DNA from: Octopus sinensis
Lineage: Eukaryota
Direction of reading: 5' to 3'
Length of the DNA stretch: 64,000 nt
Assembly (NCBI RefSeq): GCF_006345805.1
Contig: NC_043003.1
Location: forward strand, 16,120,001 to 16,184,000
A program made the position numbers and the translations under genes. Below, piece by piece: positions 25,371-38,929 of the stretch; positions within the stretch are counted from its first letter, which is position 1; every line of letters starts with the position of its first letter. The notes below the pieces were generated by a model, which did not search any database, was not told the DNA's origin, and was given only the letters and a program-made list of their open reading frames with translations.

Positions 25371-27024
25371 TTAGTATATATATATATATATGTATATATA
25401 CTATATGTATATATATATAAGTATATATATATGTATTATATATATATGTATATATTATATATAATATATATATATAGATGTATATACTATAAATAAGATA
25501 TATATATGTATATATATATATATATTATTATATATATATATATATATATATACGTATATATATATTGTGGTGTGTGTGGTGTGCGTGTGTGTGTGTTATA
25601 CATATGTATGCGTATGCATAAAGTAGAGTAACCACAATTCCAGTAAGTTGTGTACTAAAAGAAGCGAGATATTATCAGTTGGGAATTCCGGGGAATGTTT
25701 TTAAGATAGATTGAATCTTCAAGACAACAGTTACATATTCTCAGACATTTAGTCTAATAATAATCATAATAATTTTGCAGTTTATTGTCACATGTCAATG
25801 CGTATCAGATATCAGAATGTTCCACGTTACTATTATGATATTTATCTGATTTTTCCCGTTATCTGTTATATTTTATGCAAATTTCTAGGTATGTATGATA
25901 TGTATGTATGTAATGTAACGTATTTATGTATGTTTGTGTACCACGAACTAAAATAATAGGCGTAAATGCTATCAAATTGCTTTACGATAAGTTAGGGTTA
26001 TGTCGAGTTAGAACAAATAAAAATATTGAATATCCATCTCACAGAAAGTTTGAAAGTTAAAGATTCTGAAAACGAGGCTAGAAACGTGAGTCAATAACAA
26101 GAGCGTTTTTAAGTAGGATATTCGCTTGCAACATGGCGTCGAAATTATTGGAGAATTAAAGGAGATATCTAGTGGTGTGGTGGGGACATAGTTTAAACGC
26201 GGAAATCGTTGTGGATGTATTTAGATGTAGGTTTCGATATCTTTAGTCTTCGTTCTTTTACTTCTTTCAATCAATGGTCAGCGGCCACCCCGGGGCACAC
26301 CACCATGAAGGAACTGAGCAAGGAACCATGTGATTCGGAAATAAACTTCATACTACAGAACCACAGTATCATGTGCAAAGTTAGGATGAGACACTGACAT
26401 ATCTTGAACATGCGCACATCCTTGAGAGTATATTTAAATATATATATATATATAAATATGTTATAAAATACGTTGCGTAATAAAATCCCTAGACAAATAC
26501 ATCAATGGTTAAAAGGAAAGAGTAAAATAAAAACTCAGTGTAAAGCAAAATATGCCGGCACAACCGCAAAAATAAAGAGTAGTAATTTACTGCAGCGATG
26601 TAGCCACTATTACACTATAGGCATCACATCGGATGCTTGAATCACCACCAAGCCGAGTGAAAGCAATAAACAGCTTAAGTAATCTTTTGAGTTATCAAGC
26701 ATAAGTATGATAATACTATAAAACCCTTTAAATTTAAAAATAACAGCGCATGCGTTCAGCAAGAAAAATGTAAGGTATTCGGTAGTCTAGAAACATTGTG
26801 AAGTGGTACTAATATGTGGCAAGTTATAACAGGAAATCGAAATACGCAGATCCGTAAACAGCGTCGATTCCCAATTCCCAATTCCCAAACTGCATTCTGC
26901 AAATCTAACCACGTATGTATAGAGGAATGGTCGACTTATTTAAGCTTTTATTGTTGAGGTAAGAAATTATAAAGCACATGCTGAGGAACGTACATACAGT
27001 CATAAGTGCACAAAAACGCACACA

Positions 27025-27055
<31 letters not shown>

Positions 27056-27169
27056 GCAGACAAGAACAAACGCGTACACACATGCTCTCGCACACACGCA
27101 CACGCAAAAATCTTACATATTCAAATATATTTCATTACCACATTCATAAATATGTGTATTGAAGAATAA

Positions 27170-27209
<40 letters not shown>

Positions 27210-27744
27210 TTATATATATATATTAATAATATATATATATATATATATATATTAATATATATATATATATATATATATTGTTATATTTCGGAATGGTCAT
27301 ATTGCCAGTTTAGCCAATAAAAACACGCACATATATTTGGTGTTATTTTGCTTCAGTATTTATTTTCTACATTAATCTTAATCTTATTTCGGCCAGAGTT
27401 CTTTCGTCACACTCCTGTGACCGCATCAGTGGTCCTTTGTTTTCTTCTTTCGTATTTGTGTCTCTCCTTACTAACCGTCAGCCATTTTGTATTTCTATTG
27501 CATGTCTTCATTTGCGCATGCTTATATCTCTATGTGCGTCTATGTTTATTTAGTGTGTGTGTGGGGGGGATGCCTGTAATATTTGTATCTTCTGTTTATA
27601 TACATTCATGTAATTTGTATTTTGTTTTTGTTGTTGTTGCTTTTGTTCATGTGTTTACATCCACCCATTATTATCATTACATATGCTTGTATGTATGTAT
27701 AACAACAATATTAGTAATAATAATAATAAATCTAATCGAAAAAA

Positions 27745-27775
<31 letters not shown>

Positions 27776-27815
27776 CATAAATATATATACATATATATAG
27801 TTATTCATATATATT

Positions 27816-28860
27816 CAAATAGCTAACTCCATCCACCAGTATTAAGGTCACAATAGACTACCCCACTAAACACCCCAACCATAGACTACCAGTACTAGAC
27901 ACTGAACTCTGGCTAGAAATTGTGAAAAATAAACCCCAAATCCTTCATTCATACTATGCAAACCTATGGCCTCAAAATACCTGATCCACCGGAACTCAGC
28001 CATTGCGGGCATGCCAAATTCAATATTTTGATGGCAGACCTCGTCAGAATAATGAGAAATGTGTCACGCATGTGCGAGCCTACAGAATTAAAGAGACACA
28101 TACAGTATTTCATTCACCGCATGCAGTTCTCAGGTTACAGCCACAAAGAAAGGATCAGAGTATACAAAGGAGCCATGAAGAAATTTGATAATATATTATG
28201 TAATGATAGGAATGGGATTTGCCCACTCTATAGGAACAAGTCATGGACACTAAAGAAAGGACAAAAAAGAAAATAGGGAAGGCCAACTCTTGGTATGATA
28301 GCCATAAATACAGAGTGTCATGTTCGTTGACACCACCCCTGGAGGTGAACTGGCGTACCGCTTTAGAAGGACCCTAGATAAACTTAAACTAAGAATTAAG
28401 GTTGTTGAAAAGCCAGGCAACCCTATCAAATCTATAATTGGTAGAACCTATCCTTTTAGTAGAACCCTCTGTACGGATAACTATTGCACTGTATGTAGAT
28501 TTAGCACACAAACAAACTGTAAAGCCAGAAATGTAGTCTATAGTGTAAGATGTATAGAGGGACGATGCAGTAACAAGACAATAACATACGTAGGGGAAAC
28601 GGCAAGAAGCATAGGAGAGCGGGGTGAATGCACATTGGAGACAACTCAAGGAAGGTAAAAGCTCATCGATTCTGTACCAACACGCCGAACAGGAACACGG
28701 AGGATCAATCAATAACATAGAGATTAAGATATTGTCCACACATAGAACAGATGCACACATTAGACAAATTACAGAAGCTACACATATATAGAAATAAACC
28801 TAGCCTGAATAGAAAACTAGAATGGAACAATAGCACACACCACAACATATGACGATAGAG
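27816..28860 (+). pseudogene. PLE reverse-transcriptase C-terminus and GIY-YIG endonuclease (frameshifted)
   Basis: ANSIH/SIKVTIDYPTKHPNHRLPVLDTELW; PMASKYLIHRNSAI; KFNILMADLVRIMRNVS; FVDTTPGGELA; NVVYSVRC...TYVGETARSIGER; several frameshifts. Confidence 0.85.
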
Positions 28861-29343
28861 GATCCCGAAAACATAATAAATAAATACACAGATAAATAAA
28901 CAAATAGAAATGAATAATATATATATGTATATATGTATATGTATGTATATGTATGTATATATATATATATGAATAGCTATATATATGTATATATATCTAT
29001 GTATGTATATGTATGTATATATATATTTTTTTTTTCGATTAGATTTATTATTATTATTACTAATATTATTGTTATACATACATACAAGCATATGTAATGA
29101 TAATAATGGGTGGATGTAAACACATGAACAAAATTAGAACAAAAGCAACAACAAAAACAAAATACAAATTACATGAATGTATATAAACAGAAGATACAAA
29201 TATTACAGGCATCCCCCCCACACACCCACTAAATAAACATAGACGCACATAGAGATATAAGCATGCGCAAATGAAGACATGCATAGAAATACCAAATGGC
29301 TGACGGTTGTAAGGAGAGACACAAATACGAAAGAAGAAACAAA

Positions 29344-29388
29344 GGACCACTGATGCGGTCACAGGAGTATGACGAAAGAACTCTGGCC
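29344..29388 (+). ncRNA. Putative minimal type-I hammerhead ribozyme with non-canonical core, in the pLTR
   Basis: ggacca CUGAUGC-G gucac-aggagu-(a/g)ugac GAAA gaacuc uggcc; A9 is replaced by C with an extra G; the inverted copy at 27391-27435 has a perfect stem II. Confidence 0.45.
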
Positions 29389-29580
29389 GAAATAAGATTA
29401 AGATTAATGTAGAAAATAAATATCACTGAAGCCAAATAACACCAATATATAGTGCGTGTGTTTTTATTGGCTAAACTGGCAATATGACCATTCCGAAATA
29501 TAACAATATCTGTTTCAACACACACGACTTCACATAAAAATCTTGCACAACATATTTAAACGTACTAAATATAATATATA

Positions 29581-29663
<83 letters not shown>

Positions 29664-29789
29664 ACATACATAGACATACTGAAGCTCAAATTCACAATGC
29701 TGACGGCTAGCATCACGCTTGAAACTCAAGAGTACCACGAATTTGAAAATAAATTGTTTTGATCCATATAATGTATATGTATATATATA

Positions 29790-29822
<33 letters not shown>

Positions 29823-29848
29823 CTTTATTTTAAGCAGCAGAAAATTCA

Positions 29849-29900
29849 ACAAAATCTGTTACTCTGAGTTTCTCGTTGCCGTTCATCAGACAGTTTTTGC
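29849..29900 (-). ncRNA. Type-I hammerhead ribozyme motif
   Basis: gcaaaaacugu CUGAUGA acg-gcaa-cga GAAA cu-cag-aGUA acagauuuugu: 11-bp stem I with 1 mismatch, short stem II (GCAA loop, A-A closing), 3-bp stem III, GUA site. Confidence 0.7.
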
Positions 29901-29902
29901 TA

Positions 29903-29953
29903 GCAAAAACGTCTGATGAACGGCAACGAGAAACTCAGAGTAACAGATTTTGT
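29903..29953 (+). ncRNA. Mirror hammerhead motif (1-nt deletion in stem I)
   Basis: CTGATGA 29913-29919, GAAA 29930-29933, GTA 29940-29942. Confidence 0.6.
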
Positions 29954-30459
29954 TGAATTTTCTGCTGCTTAAAATAAAGCATATTATTACTCTACCACTG
30001 GTATTTGAGTACTCTTTTTCCCCTTGTTTCACATTTATGTGTTTACTTCCGTATATATTATATATATATATATATAATATATATATATGTATGTAATGTA
30101 TGTATGTATGTATGTATGTATGTATAGATATATATATTGGCTACTTTTCTTTTCTCTCAGTTCAGCCTTTCTGCTAATACCGACAGGTCAGTAAAAACAT
30201 ATCTCGCCTTGAACTTAAAATATTCTGAGATGTATAAAAAAATCCATTTTAATTTTTGCTGTCAAAAGGTTGTATATATATACCAAAGACTGTATATAAT
30301 ACATGTAATGTGACAATTTGCGACAACCAATAATTAACGCAACCAATTCCCAAAATATTTGGTTTTATCCTTTTCTGCCAAATTTTCCCAAATATCTCAT
30401 CACACTATTGAACTTCTCTGTTACCAAACACTATATCTATACATGTAATGTGACAATTA

Positions 30460-30590
30460 GTGTATAAAAAAGACATTTTTGAATTCATAATATCCAATGT
30501 GACAATTATGTAAAAAACTTTTTTGAATGCATAATATTCAATGTGACAATTATGTAAAAAACTTTTTTTGAACCCATATTATTCAATGTT
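30460..30590. repeat. ~44-bp minisatellite, about 2.5 copies
   Basis: cataatat(c/t)caatgtgacaattatgtaaaaaactttttt repeated. Confidence 0.75.
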
Positions 30591-30735
30591 TCCTTAATGT
30601 TACTTTTGACAATCTTTTACCAAAGAGTGAAACCGGTTAAGTAAATAAACATCGTTTAAATTGCATTTCAAACCTTTTTTCTTATATAATCCCACTCGTG
30701 CGATACCCCACAACTCAACTTTATATATATATATA

Positions 30736-30785
<50 letters not shown>

Positions 30786-31204
30786 TGTGTGTGTGTATGT
30801 GTATGGATGGATGGACGTATGTGCATATGTATGGGTGTATTATTCTTAAATAAGAATATTATTGAAAGTGACTTCGAAGTTTGCACTGTCAACAGTTATA
30901 AATTTGTCCTCTACTTAAGTAAGCCATCAGATTAATGCAAAATCAACATGAAAACAAACGTTAACGCACGCACGCACATACAAACATATATATATATATA
31001 TGTACACTGTTGACGAAGACTTCGCCGAGCAAATTATTTTTTTGCTAAAATAAGTTAGAAACCACGGTCTAGGAAATAGATGGTAAATGTTTTTATTTTC
31101 CTTCCCTTCGAGAATTTATCCCTAATTAGTGGCTTGTACTTTAGCTGTCCTTTCTAGCGTAAGGGATTCCTATGATGGAAACCTCTTCATGTGTTTAAAT
31201 GTAC

Positions 31205-31222
31205 ACTGTATTTTATATGTAT

Positions 31223-31310
<88 letters not shown>
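31205..31310. repeat. (ATAG)n microsatellite
   Basis: Direct reading. Confidence 0.95.
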
Positions 31311-31366
31311 ATGAATGTCGGTAGTACATGTGTTGAGGTCGTTATTTCTCCTACTATTGTTTAGAT

Positions 31367-31665
31367 CATTGGTTCTTAATTGGGGTCCATATGGCCCTTG
31401 GAGGTCTATATAAGGTTTTTGATGCTAAAATTTATTTGCAATACATCAATCCTACTTCTACAATACGCAAAATATTCTGACAATTTTTTATGCATTTCCT
31501 AATAGTATTTAATGATAAAAATATAACATGATTTTCTTTTTTCTTTTTTAGAACATCGAATTGCTATAAGGGTCTATAAGAGTCTATAAGGGTCTATAAG
31601 GGTCTATAAGAGTGAAATATGAGTTAAAGGGGTCCATTGGTTAAAAAAATGGTTGAGAAACACTG
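31367..31665. mobile_element. hAT-type MITE with 8-bp TSD
   Basis: cattggttcttaa / ttgagaaacactg termini (CAGTGGTTCTCAA-like); TSD gtttagat (31359-31366) / gttcagat (31666-31673); internal 10-bp unit x5. Confidence 0.75.
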
Positions 31666-32431
31666 GTTCAGATACTACATCCGTTGTTTCCAACATTTTC
31701 ATTTTCGGCAGTATTTCTCCTGTCCAGCCTCGTCGAAAATATATTACTTTTTATATATTACTTTTTTCATTGTAGGTGCTGTTGTGAGTTTCATTTACAT
31801 TTTTAACGTAGCTCATGACAAAATCGTACCGGATTGAAGAGTGTTTGTTTTAGTCGAAGAAATACTTTCGTTTCTTTCATAACGAAAGATTATCTACACT
31901 TTATTGAGAATCATTCTTTAGCGCTCCTCTGTTTTTATATTTTTTTGTGTATCGTGTGTGTGTGTGTTTTTATACAACATTTCTGAAGAATTTGTGTCTT
32001 TTCTTGCCTCATTGGTGTATTTTCATTGTTGATTTCATTACGGATTAAGAGATCTATATTTCATTTTCTACCCTTTTCTGTATGTTTGCTTTCTATCTTC
32101 TTTGCCTGGGATTAGATGTCCTCGTAGGAGACGTTTTCATTAAATACACGTTTTCCTTTGTGACTATTGCAGCTATTGCATAGATTAACTCGTTTCTCTT
32201 GGCTGATCTTCATGCTCCTATGTGTTGCTACATGTTCCCCATGCTGTGTCTACAATGATTCAATTTGTGTGTTCATTTTTCTTCGCTGCTGAAAGTAAGT
32301 CTGTCGATCTGTTTTATCTTCGTAACTGTATTTCGTTGAAACAAGGGAAGTTCTAACGATTTTAATTCATCTGCAATTTCTATCTTTAGATTACTGAAGC
32401 GTTGCACATACACCAATACATATGCATGAAG

Positions 32432-32663
32432 ACTCTTTTACTTGTTTCAGTCATTTGACTGTGGCCATGCTGGAGCACCGCCTTTAGTCGAGCAAATCGA
32501 CCCCAGGACTTATTCTTTGTAAGCATATTACTTATTCTATCGGTCTCTATTGCCGAACCGCTAAGTTACGGGGACGTTTACACACCAGCATCGGTTGTCA
32601 AGCGATGTTGGGAGGGGACAAACACACAAACACAAACATATTACCACACAACACCACACATAT

Positions 32664-32716
<53 letters not shown>

Positions 32717-32879
32717 CATATATACGACGGGATTCTTTCAGTTTCCGTCTACCAAATCCACTCACAACGCTTTGGTCGGCCCAAGGCTATAGTAGAAGAT
32801 ACTTGCCCAAGGTGCCACGCAGTGGGACTGAACCCGGAACCATGTGGTTCGTAAGCAAGCTGCTTACTACACAGCCATC
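32432..32879 (-). mobile_element. SINE A, full length
   Basis: Tail, central microsatellite and head on the minus strand. Confidence 0.9.
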
Positions 32880-32974
32880 TAGTATATAAAATTATCTGCA
32901 AGGTTTTTATTTCACGCTGACAACTTGATAAAACCATTAAAGTGATTTTATCCTTAATTCTATAAAGTGTATAA

Positions 32975-33008
<34 letters not shown>

Positions 33009-33668
33009 GTATATATGTATGCATGTTTGTATGTATGTATGCATGCATGTATGTATGTATGTATGTATGCATGTTTGTTGTATGTATGTTTGTATTATGT
33101 ATGCATGTTTGTATGCTGTATGTATGTATGTATGCATGTTTGTATGTATGCATGTTTGTATGTTTGTATAACTGTTATTGCTGTAAATGTCATTCCATTT
33201 TAAAATTTTCGATTGTAACAGTCATATTCAAAAAATATTCTTTGTTTAAGAATCAGCTGTTTTAATCTGGATGTGAAACCGGTTGTAGCTTCAATTTCAA
33301 CCGTTTATTATCTGACAATCTTAAGATATTTAACTTCAATTTTTCAAAAATGTTAATTTTCATTTGAAAAAAATAAATGTTTAATAAATTACCTCAGTAC
33401 ATCCCGTAATCTAATATAAGGACGTGTAATCGTGCAATCTGCATATGTTTTCTTATTTAGTTTTGCTTTGTGCTGTGTTGTGTAATGCATTGCAATTGTT
33501 CCTTGTTGAAAATGCATGTTAAGTCGTCAAAAGAAAGTTGCATTTCTATGGCCAAAATAATAGTTGGAGTCGTGAAGTTTACAACTTATGTTTGCAACTG
33601 AATTTATAATTACATTTGTCGTTAGTAGTTTGTTCAAGAGTTTATACGCTTGTATTTAATTATTGTGA

Positions 33669-33921
33669 AGGTTCGTGGCTTAGTGGTTAGGGGGTCTTCT
33701 GCTCAAGATCGTAAGGTTGTGAGTTCGATTCCAGGCAACGTGTTGTGTCTTTTGGCAAGACTTTATTTCTTATTGCTGAAGTCCAGTCAGCTGGTAAAAA
33801 TGAGCTGCGCCTGTAATTCAAAGGGCCAGCCTTGTCATATCTTGTGTCACGCTGAATCTCCCTGAGAACTACATTGAGAGAACACGTGTCTGTGGAGTGC
33901 TCAACCACTTGCACATTAATT
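33669..33921 (+). mobile_element. SINE, head D plus tail X
   Basis: gtggcttagtggttagg...gagttcgattcc head; caaagggccagccttgtc...gtggagtgctc tail. Confidence 0.72.
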
Positions 33922-34243
33922 ATTGACAGCAAGAATTTCAAAACTCTTTTGTTTCTGCCGTGTATTATTAATCTAGTTTGTGGATTAAATTTAGACATTT
34001 CCGTTCTGTCTTATCAGGTAGTTGATAAGATTTCAGACAAATAGGATAATATGTTTGTATTTTTTTTTCAACAGAGATGTTGCTTACATCCCGTTATCTT
34101 AGCCGTTTTATTAAAAAAATATATCGATATAATAAGTACCAGACTTAAAAAATAAGAAACGGATAAGATTTGTCTGACTGGAGCAAGTAAAATGTAAAAG
34201 ATATCAAATCTCACTTGGAGACTGATCTCTGTATGTATATATG

Positions 34244-34275
<32 letters not shown>

Positions 34276-34453
34276 TGTATGTATGTATGTATGCATGCAT
34301 GCATGTATGCTTATGAAGTTTGTGTAAATTCAAAAGCGAAGGGTATTATGGACGAGCAGCTAGAAGAAAACCTCTCCTTCAACCAATTAATATCAAATAA
34401 AAGATTTTGAAAATAAAAGGTGTCTATTTACTTCCTGCATGTCTGTGTGTATG

Positions 34454-34499
<46 letters not shown>

Positions 34500-34534
34500 T
34501 GCATAATAAATAAATTACATATATATATATATAT

Positions 34535-34641
34535 ACGTTTATTTAAATATTTGTTGTGCAAGATTTTTATGTGAAGTCGTGTGTTAAAACAGATATTGTT
34601 ATATTTCGGCTTAAACTGGCAATATGACCATTCCGAAATAT

Positions 34642-34648
<7 letters not shown>
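34535..34648 (-). mobile_element. Minimal fold-back insertion of the 27276-29570 PLE terminus
   Basis: Tail plus 16 bp of pLTR end, then 39 bp of the pLTR end inverted; (TA)n on both sides. Confidence 0.8.
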
Positions 34649-34725
<77 letters not shown>

Positions 34726-34737
34726 TATATATATAAC

Positions 34738-34817
<80 letters not shown>

Positions 34818-35744
34818 ACAATTTAACAAATAAACATGCATACATACATATATGTAGATACCTACATCTATATGTATATAAGTATGCATTAAATTGTTAT
34901 TATATGATTGAACACTACGCGTCGTTTTCTTTTTTCTTCTTCTCCAAGTTTTTATTATAATAATTATGACGCGCACTCTTAACTCTTTACTTGACCTTTC
35001 CTCCCTGCCTGTCTGTCTTCCTCTCTACCTGTCTCTCTCCTTATTTTTCACCCTTTCTGGTTTCTTTTCCTCTCTCTCTCTCACTCCTCCTCCTCTCTCT
35101 GGCCGCTGACAGGAGGACTACTAACTTTCTTTCTGCCCGCTGCTTTCAACAAGTCAACACAGTTTTCTTTTCTGTCTTCCGCAAGCCGATCTTCAGAATG
35201 CGTTCTAACGAATTTTTCAAAGCCCTTATTGTTGGTTTCCTTGTCCTGTTATTCTTTATTTGTACTGTTTTTTTCTTCATTTGTATTGCTTTTACGTCCT
35301 GTTCTTGTCACTTTTTTTACCCATCGGCAAAAGAATTTTATTTAATTCATTTTGCAGGAAGGATTGTTTCGGCCGGATTGTGTTCTGCCCTTACCTTCGA
35401 AACACGCATTGAGTCGAAACAGAGGCAGCTGATGAAGGGGAATATTCCTTGTATTGTTTGTCTTGTACTGTTTTTTTCGTTGTTAAAAAAGTCCGTTTCC
35501 TTGTTTGATTTTATGTTTTCGTTTCTCGTTGTGTTCTACGTTTATTTGTGGTATCCTGTACTCATATATGCATGTATATATACAAATAGATGTAGGTATG
35601 TACATATATGTATGTATGTAATGTATGTATGCATATGTTTTATTATTAAATTGTATATATGTACTGAACGCCACGCGTGTTTTCTTGTTACTTCTTCTCC
35701 AAGTATTTCTTTTTTATTTAAGTATATTATATTATATATATATA

Positions 35745-35786
<42 letters not shown>

Positions 35787-36529
35787 AATATGTATATATG
35801 CATGTACATGTGGGTGTATATGTATTCTGACAAAGGTAACTAAGCCGAAGTTTCGAAGTCACTACCAATATATTCCTTGTAGCAGGAAAATAAATATGAT
35901 TCACTAGTTAATTGCTTCAATTAATATTTGACATTACATATAATTCTATATCAAAACAAACACGCGCACACCCACAACTATACATGTATTTATAATCTTC
36001 GTCATATATTCTTATCAAGTGCTTATTTCGTCATGTTATATAATGTTTATTTGCGTTTTAAAATTTACTGGTTCTTATATGTCATATACTCAAAACCATT
36101 AACGTATATGTTGATAAACCGACTCTATCGATTATGTGTATTACTTCCCGCATATGAACTTGTACACATATATGTTTGTATTCAACAAGAACACTATGAA
36201 AAAAATTGTTGTAAATCAATGTAATGCATGAGATAAAGGTTAAATTCTGGTTATAAGCTTATTTGGGAAACCGCCTTTGATCTAGAACATCTATCAGTAG
36301 ACAAACACTTTCACACTAATACGAGCACAACAAGAATTAGTTAAAGTAAATATGTTTAGAAGTGGATCGAGAGAAAAACAATATCGTTATAAACCCTACC
36401 CAAATTTATGTATGCTGGTGTACTGACGAAAACATCTGATACGTTTTTAACTACACCTTGGGCATATCTATTTGCACACACACACATACGGACAAATCAC
36501 TACTCATAGATTTATAAATAAGCACACAT

Positions 36530-36580
<51 letters not shown>

Positions 36581-36620
<40 letters not shown>

Positions 36621-36776
36621 CAGCAGCAGCAGCAGCAGAAGGAGAAGGAGACGGAGGAGAAGAAGAAGAAGAAGAAGAAGAAGAAGAAGAAGGAGGAGGA
36701 GGAGCCGGAGGAGGAGGAGAAGAAGAAGAAGGAGGAGAAGGAGGAGAAGACTGAAGAAGAAGAAGAAAGAAGAAGA
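36581..36776. repeat. Compound triplet microsatellite (TAG)(CAG)(GAA/GGA)
   Basis: Direct reading. Confidence 0.95.
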
Positions 36777-36779
36777 AAT

Positions 36780-37140
36780 GGCTTAATGCAGTCCCAGGCA
36801 GTGGCTCTCATGGCTTCTGATTGGAAGTGTTATCCTGTACATTGTTTTGTCTTGGTATAAAAGATGGGCAACAGCAAATATTCTGCTCAATACCACAGAT
36901 TTGCTTCTCAGTTGTTTGACCTTAACTAATTGAGCATGTCCCTTCATGGCTGATGATATGTGCATCCCTGACCACGAGCAGAAGTAGTGAGGGAGAGGAA
37001 TTCTTTGAGTTTTGTATAATTCATCTTTGGAAACATGGGTGGTTCGTTTAACATCCTTAAACAATCCTTATTCAGGGACCTTTTGAGCGGGATACGCTAC
37101 TCGATCTGAAGAAAATTTTAACTGGGCCCTACCTGCAAGG
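36780..37140. repeat. Family E interspersed repeat, second copy
   Basis: Inverted relative to 21715-22145. Confidence 0.75.
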
Positions 37141-37514
37141 TCTTGTAGTTCAGAAATCTTCTTTGGTTTAATGACATTGTGAATTTGCACAGTGAGCCTA
37201 TATATATATATATATATATATAGAATATGAGGGGTTTAGTTCACTGATGATCTAAACGATTAGATACGCTGAGTAAGCGTTATAATTGGTCATCCGTTAT
37301 GTTCGAAGTTCACAGCTGAGGCTGGTGCTAGGGATCCGTATTAGGCTCGCGTGTTAACAGGTAGAAGGCAGTTTTCCAAGGTTTCACGCATTGAGACTGA
37401 ACACGGAGCAATGTTGTTGGTAAGCAAGCTTCTTACCGCACAGCCACGGCACCTATATCTATGTGTGTGTGGGTGTATGTGTGTAATATTATGATATATC
37501 ATTATATATATATT

Positions 37515-37742
<228 letters not shown>

Positions 37743-38234
37743 AATATGCTGAGATAAAGAGAGAATGGCGGAAGTAGATGGTGTTACTTGAATGTCTGTA
37801 ATATTCAAAGTATAAAGATATATCTTCTTTCAACGGCGTCTGATGACAAACCGAGGAGATCAAGAATATACAAGGTAAATATCTTTATGCAGTTGTTCAG
37901 AGGTCTCTATAGCATTTTCCGTTTGATTTTGGCAGTGAATATTGTATTGTTATAGACACACTGTAAATAAAGATGGCACGAAAATTCGTTGATTAAATTG
38001 ACACAGTATATTACTGATAGTTGTTTATCGAAAACCAGTGAAATGAAAACAAAGCTCGGCCGCAAGAAAAATTTAATTCAGAACCGAGAGAGACAAATTA
38101 GTCAGACTTGGTTGGCTGTCAGCCATTAGTCAAGCCTGGTTGGTCGACAGAGTTTCTCCAAGTATACGCAATATTTTGGATTGACAGAATCACTGAGCAA
38201 CTGATAAAATGCGTTACGGTATCTAGTTACGAAC

Positions 38235-38427
38235 TAAGGCGGCGAGCATCTAAGGCGGCGAGCTGGCAGAAACATTAGCGCGCCGGGCGAAATGCTTAGC
38301 GGTATTTCGTCTGCATTACGTTGTGAGTTCAAATTCCGCCGAGGTCGACTTTGCCTTTCATCCTTTCGGAGTCGATAAATTAAGTACCAGTTACGCACTG
38401 GGGTCGATGTAATCGACTTAATACCTG
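38235..38427 (+). mobile_element. SINE B, 3'-truncated, with duplicated first 13 bp
   Basis: taaggcggcgagc-atc-taaggcggcgagctggcag. Confidence 0.88.
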
Positions 38428-38929
38428 AAACTTTCTTTGCTTTTCATGTTCATACCATCGACTGTTCACTCTCCTTCCGAAATTCTAGCCTTGTATAAAC
38501 TTGAGTAAAATTTTATCTTCTGTTTTAATCATTAGACTGCAGCCATGCTGAGGCAACCGTTTTGAAGGGCTTCGTTGAACAAAGCGACCCCGGTAGTTAT
38601 TTCAAAGTCTGGCACTTATTTTATCGATCTCCTTTGCAAGACCGCTAAGTTACGGAAACGTAGAGAACGTAAAGAACCAGAAGAAAGGCTGTTCAGCATT
38701 TATTCCATCGAGTGGGCAATTCGACTGATTTACGGCCTTCAAAAGCCCAAATATTACGCATAGCTTTTAGACTCTTGTTAAAAAAACATATATTAGCGAC
38801 GGGGGCAATACTAACACCGAGGGATAATATTATTTATCTTCACTTAAACGTGGACGTTCAGTTACAACAAACTTTACTGCTGTAAATACATTGAAAGAAA
38901 CTCTCATATAGACTTTTGGTGCAAAATGT

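Larger units (their letters stand above)
27276..29570 (+). mobile_element. 5'-truncated Penelope-like element with inverted 5' pLTR
   Basis: About 540-bp inverted repeats 27276-27815 and ~28962-29508 around an RT-C-terminus plus GIY-YIG remnant; the 3' copy extends into a ~60-bp tail; (TA)n on both sides. Confidence 0.88.
29823..30052 (+). mobile_element. PLE-type mini-insertion: 157-bp palindrome plus tail
   Basis: 29823-29979 is self-complementary except one extra A; the right arm continues about 70 bp, shared with 51565-51685; (TA)n on both sides. Confidence 0.85.

Noticed and set aside
26129-26160. caacATGGCG Kozak/YY1-like start
   Set aside because: Stops after 8 codons with no convincing splice donor
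35400-35455. GAAAC...GUC...CUGAUGA-stem as a type-II hammerhead
   Set aside because: Stem I cannot be formed and no GAAA follows the hairpin
34991-35830. 279-aa ORF
   Set aside because: Low-complexity, T-rich, ends in (TA)n; no recognisable domain
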